32,000 nt of DNA from Erysipelothrix inopinata (lineage in GTDB: Bacteria > Bacillota_I > Bacilli_A > Erysipelotrichales > Erysipelotrichaceae), in assembly GCF_014396165.1 (NCBI RefSeq), contig NZ_CP060715.1, positions 1,440,001-1,472,000 of the forward strand, read 5' to 3'. Position 1 is the stretch's first letter. The number at the start of each line of letters is the position of its first letter. The position numbers were made by a program, and so were the translations under genes. The notes under the pieces are model-generated. The model was not told the DNA's origin and did not search any database. It saw only the letters and a list, made by a program, of their open reading frames with translations. Below, piece by piece: positions 8,450-18,200 of this stretch.

Positions 8450-9901
8450 CTATTCAATTGATGAAATGTAATTTTCACCATATACTTCTTCTTCAATCCA
8501 ATGATTACCATCACGCTTAAGCAGTTCGTGAGCTTTGTGAGGTCCTGAAGTGAATGCTTCATAGAATTGGATATCCTGATGATTCACTTGGTTCACAATG
8601 TCTTCAACAAACATCCATGAAAGCTCAACTTGTTTATAGCTTGCAAAGAGGGTACGATCACCATCAAGAGCAGCATTAAGTAAACGTTCATAGGCCTCAG
8701 GTGTGTTAACACGGTTTTCATAGTTACAGCTTTGACAGAAGTCCATGAATACCGTTTGAACATCATTACCTTGTCCTGGCTTTTTAATGTTGAATCGCAA
8801 GTAAACACCTTCATCGGGCTGAATTTTAATAATGAGTACGTTCGGTTTTTCATTGTTTAATGCTTTAAATTCAATCACGACTTCAGTTGCACGTTTATGC
8901 ATCCGTTTTCCAGTACGTACATAGATGGGAGTGTTTTCCCAATGAGGATGATGTAATCCAAGTTTTAATGCAACAAATGTCTCAGTGGTTGAAGATGCAT
9001 AAACACGTTCTTCATCACGATACGATTTAGAATTACCATCACTTGTGTACTGACCTAGTACCACATCATCATTAATAGATTCAATGTACAGATTTTCAAG
9101 AATTTCTTCTTGCTTCTCGTGAATACTTTCCGCCTCAAAATCAGTAGGTTTATCCATGGTAACAATTGATAGAATTTGCAACAGATGATTTTGAAACATA
9201 TCTTTGAGAGCACCTGTGTGATCATAATAGTTTCCGCGATTTTCAACACCGACAAGTTCGTTAGCGCTGATTTGAATACTTTTTATGTTGTCTGAATTCC
9301 AAATATTTGTAAATAGTGTATTTGCAAATCGAATGGTAAAAATGTTTTGAACCATTTCTTTCGCAACGTAATGATCGATTCGATAGATGCTTGTTTCACT
9401 AAATATAGAGGTCAATGTTTTGTTAATTTGCCCTGCAGACTCAAGGTCATTACCAAATGGTTTTTCTATAATGACTTTACTGTTTGAGGCAAGGTCAGCT
9501 TTACCTAAGTTAATCGCAATGGCTTCAAAAAATGCTGGAGCAACCGCAAAATAGTAGAGATGACATGCATTTGGAGACAAACTTTGATAGTATTCTTTGA
9601 GTCTGTGGTAACCTTCTTCTTCAGTAAATATCATTTCAAAGTAAGTAACGTAATTTAAGAATTCTTCAAGTTTTTCATCATGAACTTTGTAACGACTGTG
9701 TTCATGAATCCAATTCTTAGCTAATTCTCGGTAACTCTCGGTTGTTAAATCTTGTCTACCAATAATAACAATATGAAAGTCATCTGGAAGATGATTGGTT
9801 TCCATAAGATTATAGAAGGCAGGTAACAGCTTACGGTAGGTAAGGTCTCCCGTTCCTCCAAATATGGTGACAATATGAGGCTTTTTATTCATTCCATTCA
9901 T
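8450..9901 (-). CDS. zwf: Glucose-6-phosphate 1-dehydrogenase
   Basis: N-terminal dinucleotide motif IFGGTGDLTYRKL, active-site motif RIDHYVAKE, and ~480-aa length. The likely start is the ATG at 9901 (or 9892), which overlaps the gnd stop. The longer track ORF to 9958 runs into gnd and is probably not translated. Confidence 0.9.
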   Translation of the reverse strand: MNGMNKKPHIVTIFGGTGDLTYRKLLPAFYNLMETNHLPDDFHIVIIGRQDLTTESYRELAKNWIHEHSRYKVHDEKLEEFLNYVTYFEMIFTEEEGYHRLKEYYQSLSPNACHLYYFAVAPAFFEAIAINLGKADLASNSKVIIEKPFGNDLESAGQINKTLTSIFSETSIYRIDHYVAKEMVQNIFTIRFANTLFTNIWNSDNIKSIQISANELVGVENRGNYYDHTGALKDMFQNHLLQILSIVTMDKPTDFEAESIHEKQEEILENLYIESINDDVVLGQYTSDGNSKSYRDEERVYASSTTETFVALKLGLHHPHWENTPIYVRTGKRMHKRATEVVIEFKALNNEKPNVLIIKIQPDEGVYLRFNIKKPGQGNDVQTVFMDFCQSCNYENRVNTPEAYERLLNAALDGDRTLFASYKQVELSWMFVEDIVNQVNHQDIQFYEAFTSGPHKAHELLKRDGNHWIEEEVYGENYISSIE

Positions 9902-11294
9902 GATGGAAGTGTCCTTCTTCATCAATACGTTCAAAAGTATGTGCTCCAAATAAATCACGTTGTGCTTGGATTAAGTTTGCATTTGAACGTTCGTTACGAT
10001 ATGAATCAAAGTATGAAATGGCATTGGTAAATGCTGGAATACTGATTCCTGCTTGAATGGCAAGAGAACTTACGTCACGAAGACTCTTTTGATATGTAGT
10101 GAGTTTTTCATTGAAGTATGAATCAAGCATTAAGTTTGCTAAGTCACTATTTTTGTCATAAGCTTCGCTGATTCTATTTAAGAATTTAGCACGAATGATA
10201 CATCCTTCACGGAATACTTTTGCAATCTCACCAAAGTTAAGATTCCAACCATATTCTGAAGATGCACGTTTCATTAAATCAAATCCTTGAGCGTAAGCAA
10301 TGATTTTACTTGCGTAAAGTGCTTCTTTAACAGAGTTAACGAAAGCTTTTTGATCCTCGATTTTAATTGTTGGTGCATCATAGTGTAGTTCTTTAGATGC
10401 ATGAACTCGTGCTTGTTTATCTGCTGACATAAATCGAGCGAAAACAGCTGACGTTAGAAGTGATGCATCAGTTCCAGTATTAAGAGCTTCTTCAGCAGTC
10501 CATTTACCAGTTCCTTTTTGTGCAGCAGTATCCAAAATCATGTCTACCAAAGAATTTCCTGTTTTAGGGTCAAGTTCCTTAAAGATTTGTGCTGTAATTT
10601 CAATAAGGAAGGACTCAAGTTCTCCTTGATTCCATTCCGAGAATGTCTCAGCAAGTTCATCATTGTTTAAACCACCAACATGTTTAAGTAAAGAATAACT
10701 TTCTGCAATTAATTGCATATCCGCATATTCAATACCGTTGTGTACCATTTTTACATAATGACCTGCTCCGTCTGTTCCAATATAGGTACAGCATGGTTCT
10801 CCTTCTGCTTTTGCAGAGATGTCTTCAAGAATTGCGGATACATGTGCATATGCATCTTGACTTCCACCTGGCATAATTGCTGGACCAAATCGAGCACCTT
10901 CTTCACCACCTGAAATACCAACACCAAGATAGCGAAGACCTTGAGCTTCAATTGCCTCTGTTCGACGAATGGTATCTCTAAAGTTTGAGTTACCTCCATC
11001 CATAATAATATCCCCTTGATCTAGTAGGGGTATTAATCCATCAATGACACGATCGACTGGAGCTCCTGCCTTAACCATCAATACGATTTTACGAGGAGCA
11101 CTTAAAGATGCTACAAAGTCAGATAAAGCTTCGTAAAGATGAAGGTGATCATGAGGATTTTCCGCCATAACTTTCTCACCTACAGAATAGGTACGGTTAT
11201 ATAATGCGACATCATAACCATGATCTGCCATATTTAATGCAAGATTTGAACCCATGACAGCCAGTCCGATAACACCAATATCATTTTTTTTCAT
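9885..11294 (-). CDS. gnd: 6-phosphogluconate dehydrogenase (decarboxylating)
   Basis: N-terminal Rossmann motif IGVIGLAVMGSNLALN. Length and overall sequence are typical of Gnd. The ATG at 11294 sits 5 nt after GGAGG; the track start at 11306 is a TTG inside the RBS. Confidence 0.95.
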   Translation of the reverse strand: MKKNDIGVIGLAVMGSNLALNMADHGYDVALYNRTYSVGEKVMAENPHDHLHLYEALSDFVASLSAPRKIVLMVKAGAPVDRVIDGLIPLLDQGDIIMDGGNSNFRDTIRRTEAIEAQGLRYLGVGISGGEEGARFGPAIMPGGSQDAYAHVSAILEDISAKAEGEPCCTYIGTDGAGHYVKMVHNGIEYADMQLIAESYSLLKHVGGLNNDELAETFSEWNQGELESFLIEITAQIFKELDPKTGNSLVDMILDTAAQKGTGKWTAEEALNTGTDASLLTSAVFARFMSADKQARVHASKELHYDAPTIKIEDQKAFVNSVKEALYASKIIAYAQGFDLMKRASSEYGWNLNFGEIAKVFREGCIIRAKFLNRISEAYDKNSDLANLMLDSYFNEKLTTYQKSLRDVSSLAIQAGISIPAFTNAISYFDSYRNERSNANLIQAQRDLFGAHTFERIDEEGHFHHEWNE

Positions 11295-11360
11295 AATGAC
11301 CTCCAATTTCCTCTTCTATTGTATCTAAAAACTTACTATTAGACTAGTAAAATAAACATT

Positions 11361-11387
11361 AAAAAGCCTCTTCGAATTTGAAGAGGC
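11361..11387 (-). terminator. Rho-independent terminator after gpmA
   Basis: GCCTCTTC (11366-11373) pairs with GAAGAGGC (11380-11387). The A-run at 11361-11365 on the plus strand gives a U-run on the minus-strand transcript. Confidence 0.75.
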
Positions 11388-11393
11388 GGTTCA

Positions 11394-12140
11394 TTATTTA
11401 GCTTTACCTTGATTAGCAACAGCTTCCATTTTAGCTTTTAGAGCATCTTGATCTCCAAGATAGTATTTATCTAAAACGTTGAAGTTATCATCAAATTCAT
11501 AAACCAAAGGAACACCTGTTGGGATATTTACTTTCATGATTTCTTCATCACTCATTTCATCAAAGTATTTTACAAGAGCGCGAAGTGAGTTACCATGAGC
11601 AACAATAAGAACACGTTTGCCATCAAGCATTTGTGGTTTGATTGTTTCTTCGAAGTAAGGGACTGCACGTTCAATGGTTTCTTTTAATGATTCGTGTAGA
11701 GGAAGGATATCTTTATCTTCAACGTCACGATAAGCTTCCATGTTACGTGGAGCACGTTCATCAGTAACTTCAAGTTTTGGAGGTTTCACATCAAATGAGC
11801 GTCTCCAAATAAGAACTTGATCTTCACCATATTTAGCAGCAGTTTCAGATTTGTCTAAACCCTGTAATGCGCCATAGTGACGTTCGTTTAAATGCCAATC
11901 CTTAATAATAGGTAACCAAGTACGATCCATTTCATTAAGAATGTTATCCATTGTATGGATAGCACGCTTTAAATATGAGGTATATACAACATCAAAGTCA
12001 TATCCTTCTTCTTTTAAAAGACGGCCTCCTTGTTTTGCTTCTTCAACACCTTTTTCAGAAAGTTCAACATCTGCCCATCCTGTGAAAAGGTTTTTTTGAT
12101 TCCATTCGCTTTCACCATGTCTTACGACTACGAGTTTCAT
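11394..12140 (-). CDS. gpmA: 2,3-bisphosphoglycerate-dependent phosphoglycerate mutase
   Basis: [12 protein letters not shown] with the catalytic His, plus the downstream [10 protein letters not shown] motif. The 248-aa length is typical of dPGM. Confidence 0.95.
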   Translation of the reverse strand: MKLVVVRHGESEWNQKNLFTGWADVELSEKGVEEAKQGGRLLKEEGYDFDVVYTSYLKRAIHTMDNILNEMDRTWLPIIKDWHLNERHYGALQGLDKSETAAKYGEDQVLIWRRSFDVKPPKLEVTDERAPRNMEAYRDVEDKDILPLHESLKETIERAVPYFEETIKPQMLDGKRVLIVAHGNSLRALVKYFDEMSDEEIMKVNIPTGVPLVYEFDDNFNVLDKYYLGDQDALKAKMEAVANQGKAK

Positions 12141-12312
12141 AAAATAATTGCCTCCTTATGCATATAATCTAAGTTTACACCTATTATTTCATAATTTCTA
12201 GACTCTAAAAGGATAAATCACGATTAAAAGACTAAAATAAAAGCTAATTTGATAAACGATAAATATTAATGTGAAAAAACTAAAAAGAAAAATAATCTTT
12301 TGAGCATCAAAA

Positions 12313-12341
12313 TTGCAATACATAGTAAATGACTATATAAT
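12313..12341 (+). promoter_or_regulatory. Candidate sigma-A promoter of the nitroreductase gene
   Basis: TTGCAA (12313-12318), 17-nt spacer, TATAAT (12336-12341). Confidence 0.55.
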
Positions 12342-12382
12342 GAGTTCTGTAATAACATAGTGACACAGGAGGATATTATATT

Positions 12383-12976
12383 ATGTCAAATATTTTTAAA
12401 GATTTAGAAGTGCGTCGTTCCCGTTACGGATTATCAAAAGAAGAAGTATTAACTAAAGAAGAAATTGTTGCATTAGTTAACAAATCAGTAGATTTAACAC
12501 CATCAGCATTTAATGCTCAAACTCAACGAGTTGTTGTATTGTTTGGTGAAAACAGCGACAAATTCTGGGATCTAACTCGTGAAGAATTACGAAAAGTTGC
12601 TCCAGCAGAAGGGTTTGAAAATACAATCAATAAATTAGAATCATTTAAAGCAGGTCAAGGAACTATTCTTTACTTCTATGACGAAAATGTTGTTAAAGGT
12701 CTACAAGAAAATTTTGCTCTTTATGCAGAAAACTTCCCAATCTGGGCACAACAAGAAAACGGTATGTTACAACTTGTAATTTGGTCAGCATTAGCTGGAG
12801 AAGGTGTTGGGGCATCAGTACAACACTATAACCCAATCGTTGATGCAGCAGCTGCAGAAGCATTTGATTTACCTGCAAACTGGAAACTTGTTGCTCAAAT
12901 GCCATTTGGTAAAGCAGTTGATACTGTTAACCCTAAAGAAACACAACCTGTGTCAGATAAAGTTAAAGTATTCTAA
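12383..12976 (+). CDS. Nitroreductase-family oxidoreductase
   Basis: 197 aa, with N-terminal LEVRRSRYGL (the RRSxR motif typical of FMN nitroreductase-fold proteins). RBS AGGAGG lies upstream. Confidence 0.7.
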   Translation: MSNIFKDLEVRRSRYGLSKEEVLTKEEIVALVNKSVDLTPSAFNAQTQRVVVLFGENSDKFWDLTREELRKVAPAEGFENTINKLESFKAGQGTILYFYDENVVKGLQENFALYAENFPIWAQQENGMLQLVIWSALAGEGVGASVQHYNPIVDAAAAEAFDLPANWKLVAQMPFGKAVDTVNPKETQPVSDKVKVF

Positions 12977-12992
12977 AAGTAATATATGTAAT

Positions 12993-13017
12993 AACCCACT
13001 ATAAAGTGGGTTTTTTT
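12993..13017 (+). terminator. Rho-independent terminator after the nitroreductase gene
   Basis: AACCCACT-ATAA-AGTGGGTT hairpin followed by TTTTT. Confidence 0.85.
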
Positions 13018-13032
13018 ATGCGATAATTTAAT

Positions 13033-13108
13033 AAACATACCGATTGAATGTTTAATGGTTGACAATAAACATAAGATGATTTATTATAAACATACCGAAT
13101 GAATGTTT
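13033..13108 (+). promoter_or_regulatory. Promoter flanked by two copies of a 21-bp palindromic operator (putative TetR autoregulation site)
   Basis: AAACATACCGATTGAATGTTT (13033-13053) and AAACATACCGAATGAATGTTT (13088-13108) differ at 1 nt. They bracket TTGACA (13059-13064), a 17-nt spacer and TATTAT (13082-13087). Confidence 0.6.
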
Positions 13109-13122
13109 CGGTAGGAGGGGCC

Positions 13123-13758
13123 ATGAAAAACAGATATGATTCAGAACAGACTGTCAATGATATTGTCCGAGTCTCAACGCAATTATTTACTGAAAAAGGA
13201 TACGACAAAACGTCGATTCAAGACATCGTGAATGGTTTAGACGGTTTAACTCGAGGTGCCGTTTATCATCATTTTGATTCTAAAGAAGATATTTTAATTG
13301 CTGTGATTAAAACTTTAGTTCCGCAAAGTAATTATATTGAGAATATGATTGAAGATAAAACAGGTAGTGGTCGCGATAAGATTCAAACCGTAATCACGAA
13401 AATGTTGATGGGTGCGAAGTCTTCCAGCCAATTACCAGGACTCAAACTTATTGAGAAGAATCCTAAGATTCTAGTTGAAATCTTCAATTTGGGAAATGAT
13501 TATGTTGTTCCTCAACTCGAATCGTTAATTATTGAAGGCAATAATGATGGTTCACTATCAATTGATTATCCATATTGTGTTGCGGAAGCTTCATTTATGT
13601 TATTTGATACGTGGTTTTCATCAATAATGTACAAAGATACGATTACTCAGTTTGATGCGAAACTTCATGTATTGAAGCTTGCATTAGATGGTATGGGTCT
13701 TGATGTATTAAATTCTGAAAGCATGGAAATGATTTTAAATACAGAAATAATAAAGTAA
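13123..13758 (+). CDS. TetR/AcrR-family transcriptional regulator
   Basis: TetR_N HTH: IVRVSTQLFTEKGYDKTSIQDIVNGLDGLTRGAVYHHFDSKEDIL. The ATG at 13123 follows GGAGGGG. The track start at 13099 lies inside the operator and is unlikely. Confidence 0.88.
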   Translation: MKNRYDSEQTVNDIVRVSTQLFTEKGYDKTSIQDIVNGLDGLTRGAVYHHFDSKEDILIAVIKTLVPQSNYIENMIEDKTGSGRDKIQTVITKMLMGAKSSSQLPGLKLIEKNPKILVEIFNLGNDYVVPQLESLIIEGNNDGSLSIDYPYCVAEASFMLFDTWFSSIMYKDTITQFDAKLHVLKLALDGMGLDVLNSESMEMILNTEIIK

Positions 13759-13769
13759 GAGGAAAAAAT

Positions 13770-14711
13770 ATGAAGAAATTTTGGAATGTACTAAAGAAAG
13801 TACTACTTGGTATTCTCGCGTTTGTACTTATATTTATGGGCGGAGTTTGGACTTATGACCAAATTGCAACCAAGAGTGATGAGAAAAAGATTGCTGCACA
13901 AGCATACGGCCAACGTGTTGATGTTGATGGTAAGAAAATGAATGTTACGATTTATGGTGATGGCGAAGAAGTTATCGCTTTATTTCCAGGATGGGGAACA
14001 CCTTCACCAGTTATTGACTTCAAACCTGTAATCGAAGGATTGAAAGACGAATATAAAGTTGTAGTTGTTGAACCATTTGGTTATGGTCTGAGTGATCGTA
14101 CCGATAAAGAACGTACAAAAGAAAATATTGTTAAAGACTATCACGATGCGCTTGAAGCAGTGGGTGTAACTGAATTTTATTACATGGGACACTCTATCGC
14201 TGGACTTTACGGATTGGAATATGCTAATACTTATCCTGAACAAATGAAGGGATTTATTGGTATTGACACAAGTGTTTCTGGACAATTTACCGCACCAATG
14301 CCAATGGGTCTCTTTAGCTTCCTAAGAAATTCAGGTTTCTTAAGATTCCAATCTCTATTTGCTGGTGAACCAACAAATATATCCGAAGGACTTACAAAAG
14401 ATGAAATTAAACTCATGGGAATGATTAGTAACAAGCAATCCATGAATGGAACAATGCTTGATGAACTTGGTCACCTGGATGATAGTTTAGACCGATTGAA
14501 AGGTAAGACTTTCCCTTCAGATATGCCTGTCTATCTATTTGTTCAAGAAATTAACCCAAATCAACCTGATTGGCAAAAGCTTCACTATGAACAAGCTGCA
14601 GCTGTTGAAAACGGACATGTTACATTAATTGATGGAGATCATTATCTTCACCATGAAAATGGACCACAAATCGTAAATGAAACAAAAGCATTCTTAGATT
14701 CACTTAAATAA
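13770..14711 (+). CDS. Membrane-anchored alpha/beta-fold hydrolase
   Basis: N-terminal TM helix, nucleophile elbow GHSIAG, and a C-terminal DGDHYLHHE segment carrying a candidate catalytic His. It starts 11 nt after the TetR stop. Confidence 0.75.
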   Translation: MKKFWNVLKKVLLGILAFVLIFMGGVWTYDQIATKSDEKKIAAQAYGQRVDVDGKKMNVTIYGDGEEVIALFPGWGTPSPVIDFKPVIEGLKDEYKVVVVEPFGYGLSDRTDKERTKENIVKDYHDALEAVGVTEFYYMGHSIAGLYGLEYANTYPEQMKGFIGIDTSVSGQFTAPMPMGLFSFLRNSGFLRFQSLFAGEPTNISEGLTKDEIKLMGMISNKQSMNGTMLDELGHLDDSLDRLKGKTFPSDMPVYLFVQEINPNQPDWQKLHYEQAAAVENGHVTLIDGDHYLHHENGPQIVNETKAFLDSLK

Positions 14712-14719
14712 TATGGAAT

Positions 14720-14752
14720 AAACACACTACTCTAAGGAACAGTGTGTTTTCT
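14720..14752 (+). terminator. Rho-independent terminator after the hydrolase gene
   Basis: AAACACACT (14720-14728) pairs with AGTGTGTTT (14741-14749), with a 12-nt loop and a short T tract. Confidence 0.6.
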
Positions 14753-14832
14753 ATTAGAAAGACTGCTATAATAAAAGTAATGAAATAAGTAAATCATTAC
14801 TCACTATTTCAATAATAGGCAGGGGATTATTG

Positions 14833-15033
14833 ATGAAAGCTAAAACGGCAATTATTTTGAATATCGTAATTATTGTAGTATCTTCATTTCTACTTGGTAT
14901 GGGGTTCGGTGCTCAATATGCGGATGTTTTTGATCAAACAAGAATACCGTACTTCATCGCATTGTTTGGGGTACTCATTATTCTGGCACTCTTTCGTATC
15001 ATATATTCTATAAAAACCAAGAAAGTATGGTAG
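14833..15033 (+). CDS. Small hypothetical two-TM membrane protein (66 aa)
   Basis: Two clear hydrophobic helices separated by a polar loop, with a basic C-terminus. It has a weak RBS (GGCAGGGG), is bounded by terminators, and matches no family I recognise. Confidence 0.4.
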   Translation: MKAKTAIILNIVIIVVSSFLLGMGFGAQYADVFDQTRIPYFIALFGVLIILALFRIIYSIKTKKVW

Positions 15034-15243
15034 CTAGATAACTATACTTAGACTCTGATTTAGAAAAAAATCGGAGCCTTTTTTAATTTGTATTTCTTAC
15101 CTTATATAAATGTGATGGTCTTGTGTAAATAATTCCACCGAAATCTCATAGGTCTTTCACATTTGTGTCACAGTTTTAAAGGTATGATTAAGATATTGAT
15201 AAACTGTTAACATAGTTATCGATTAGTGGAAAGGGAGAATACA

Positions 15244-18200
15244 ATGAATTGGAAGAAAACATTTAGTGTTTTAACAATTTCATTATTGCTTGCTGTATCT
15301 TCAGTGACTGCAAAAGCAGAAGAATTGGACGATAAGAATCAACTTAGCGAAGTACCGATTACTGAATCAGTTCAAGATGAAAAAGCAACCGAAGACAAGA
15401 GTGACGAACACTCCAGTCAGGCTTTAGGTGATGACGAAATTGTTGACGAAAAGAACTCTACAAAAGTAGAGGTTGAAAAAGAAACTCCGCAAACGAATAA
15501 TATCGAAGAAAAAGCACCTGAGGTACAAGCTGCTCCTAAAGCTCTTGCTGATGCTGATCCTATGCGAACTTTTAACATTGAAGACTGGAAATATAATAGA
15601 AACTCTGATGGTGTATTATCAATTACAGGTTTTAAAGATGATGTTAACGGTATTAGTAATATCTATATTCCTTCATATGTGAATGTTGATGGCGAAGATT
15701 TACGTGTTCAATTCAACAATCTCAACATGTTTATCAAATCTGATTTCAATAAATTCAGATTTCAATCGGTAATTTTCGAAGCAGTGGGCCCAAGTTCAAA
15801 TCCTTCTGCTAAAGAAAAAGTATTACTAGGCGCATATGGAAACAATACTGAAGTATCATTGAATAAAGTTTTTGCAAATCACCCCATTTTAACGTATGTT
15901 GATTTGACAGGGCTTGATGTTTCTAAAGTCGTCGACCTGAGTGGAACATTTGGTGGGTCATTGAATATTAAAACCCTAAATGTTTCAAATTGGGATACTT
16001 CTAACGTCACCGATATGAGCGGGACATTTACGGATACACAAGTATTACAACATATTGATCTTTCCAACTGGGATGTTTCAAAAGTTAAAACAATGGAAAG
16101 TATGTTTAGAAAATCAGGAATTTGGGAATTAAAAGTTCCTAATTGGAATACATCAAATGTAAAAACCATGAGCAATATGTTCTCGAACATGCCAAGTTTT
16201 TATGAGTTCGATTTTAAAAACTGGAATACATCAAATGTTACTGACTTCTCAGCGATGTTTGCATTTACTAAAGGTCTTGAATTCATAGACTTAAAAGCAT
16301 TAGATACACGTAGCGCTACTACAATGGCGGGAATGTTCTACAGCATGGGTGCAATTCAAGAAATCGATGTTTCATCATTTGATACGAAGAATGTTACCGA
16401 TTTTTCAGAAATGTTTGCTTATAATTCCATTCCAAAGTTAAATATCGATAACTTTGACACCCGTAGTGCTACAACAATGGAAAGTATGTTTAATAATCTT
16501 AAATTACTCGATTCCAGTGGTGGCGGATATGGCGTTATAGGACACTTGAATGTTTCTCATTTCAAGATGGATAATGTTGAAACTATTTATCAAATGTTCT
16601 ATCAATCAAATCTCGAGACCCTTGAAGTTGAAAACTGGAAAGTGGACAACATTAAAAATGCAAACTCAGCATTTTATGGAATGCAAAATTTAAATTATAT
16701 CAATCCTGGTAAATGGAATACTGCAGGATTTGAAGATATCGGACAAATATTCCAAGGAACCTATCAACTACAATATATAGACATGACAAATTGGAAAATC
16801 AATATTACGGATAGCTATCAAAAATCGAATCTCTTTATGCTCAGTCAATATTTGAAATCACCACTCGTTGTAAAAACTTCTGATCCCTATCTATTACAAT
16901 ATCGATATGATAAAGATTTTAGAACAACAGTAGGGCCTAAGAAAGATGCGAAAGATGGTAAATTTAGTGATGGAACAACATTAAAATCATTGTTTGATCG
17001 CTACACCATTCAAGACGAAGGTGAACTCATCATTTCGGCAGCTGATTACAACTCATTTATGCATGATACACCGACTCCAAACAATACACTTCTTTCTTTT
17101 AAAGAGTGGAAATACAAAGATAGTGATAGTAAAGTTCATGTGTTCGTTGACAAAACAGATGCTACTGATATGAGAAATGATTCGACTCTTTATGAAGCCC
17201 AATATGAAGCCCATAAATTGTCAGTGAAGTTCCACATTGATGAAAATGTTACAGATGTGAAAACGGAATACAATACTAAGGTTGATCAAAGTAAGATTCC
17301 AAATACAAGTAAACCAGGATACACATTCAAAGGTTGGGTATATTTAAATGAACCAACTAAAGCCTTTGATCCTGCTACAGTCGTAATCATTGAAGATACC
17401 GAAGTAAAAGCTGTTTATGAAATTAATAATGTAACTGTTACATTTATTCATGGTGATAAAACAGATACTGCGACAACAGTATATAATACGGCAGTAAATC
17501 CTACCGACATTCCAACCGCTACAAAAGTAGGTCATACATTCAAAGAATGGAATACTCAAGAAGATGGTCTTGGAACGAAGTTTGTTGGTACTGAAATTAT
17601 TACTGAAGATCGTACTGTTTACGCTATCTTTACAGTAGATAAAGTAAATGTTATCTTCAATGATGAAGGTAATGTCAATGTTCAACAAACTGATTTCGGT
17701 ACAGCACTTAAAACAAATCAAATTCCTACTCCAGTAGGAAAAGAGGGTCATACATTTAAAGAGTGGAATACTCAAGCAAATGGACTCGGATCAAAATTCG
17801 TAGGTACCGAAATAATAAATGAAGATATTTCTGTTTATGCAATTTATACTGTCAATCCAGTAACGGTGACATTCATTAATGGTACAAAAATTGATACTGC
17901 AACAGTTGATTACAATACTGCAATCAAGGAAGCAGATATTCCAACTGCTACAAAAGTAGGCCATACATTTAAAGAATGGAATACTCAAGAAGACGGTTTA
18001 GGAACGAAGTTTGTTGGAACTGAACTTATTACAGAAGATCAAACAGTCTATGCAATCTTCATTGCAAACCCTGTGAAAGTCACATTTATTCATGGTGATA
18101 AAACAGATGTCGCAACCACAGATTACAACACAGCAGTGAAACCTGCAGATATTCCAACCGCTACAAAAGTAGGCCATACATTTAAAGAATGGAATACTCA

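Noticed and set aside
9902-9958. N-terminal extensions in the ORF track. These are zwf to 9958, gnd to 11306, TetR from 13099, the small membrane protein from 14830, the adhesin from 15226, PTS IIC from 24465, GH1 from 26196, feoA from 27805 and the ABC exporter from 30097
   Set aside because: In each case a downstream ATG is preceded by a well-spaced GGAGG-like RBS. It also gives the canonical family N-terminus or signal peptide. The extensions start at TTG or GTG codons inside RBSs, operators or the preceding gene.
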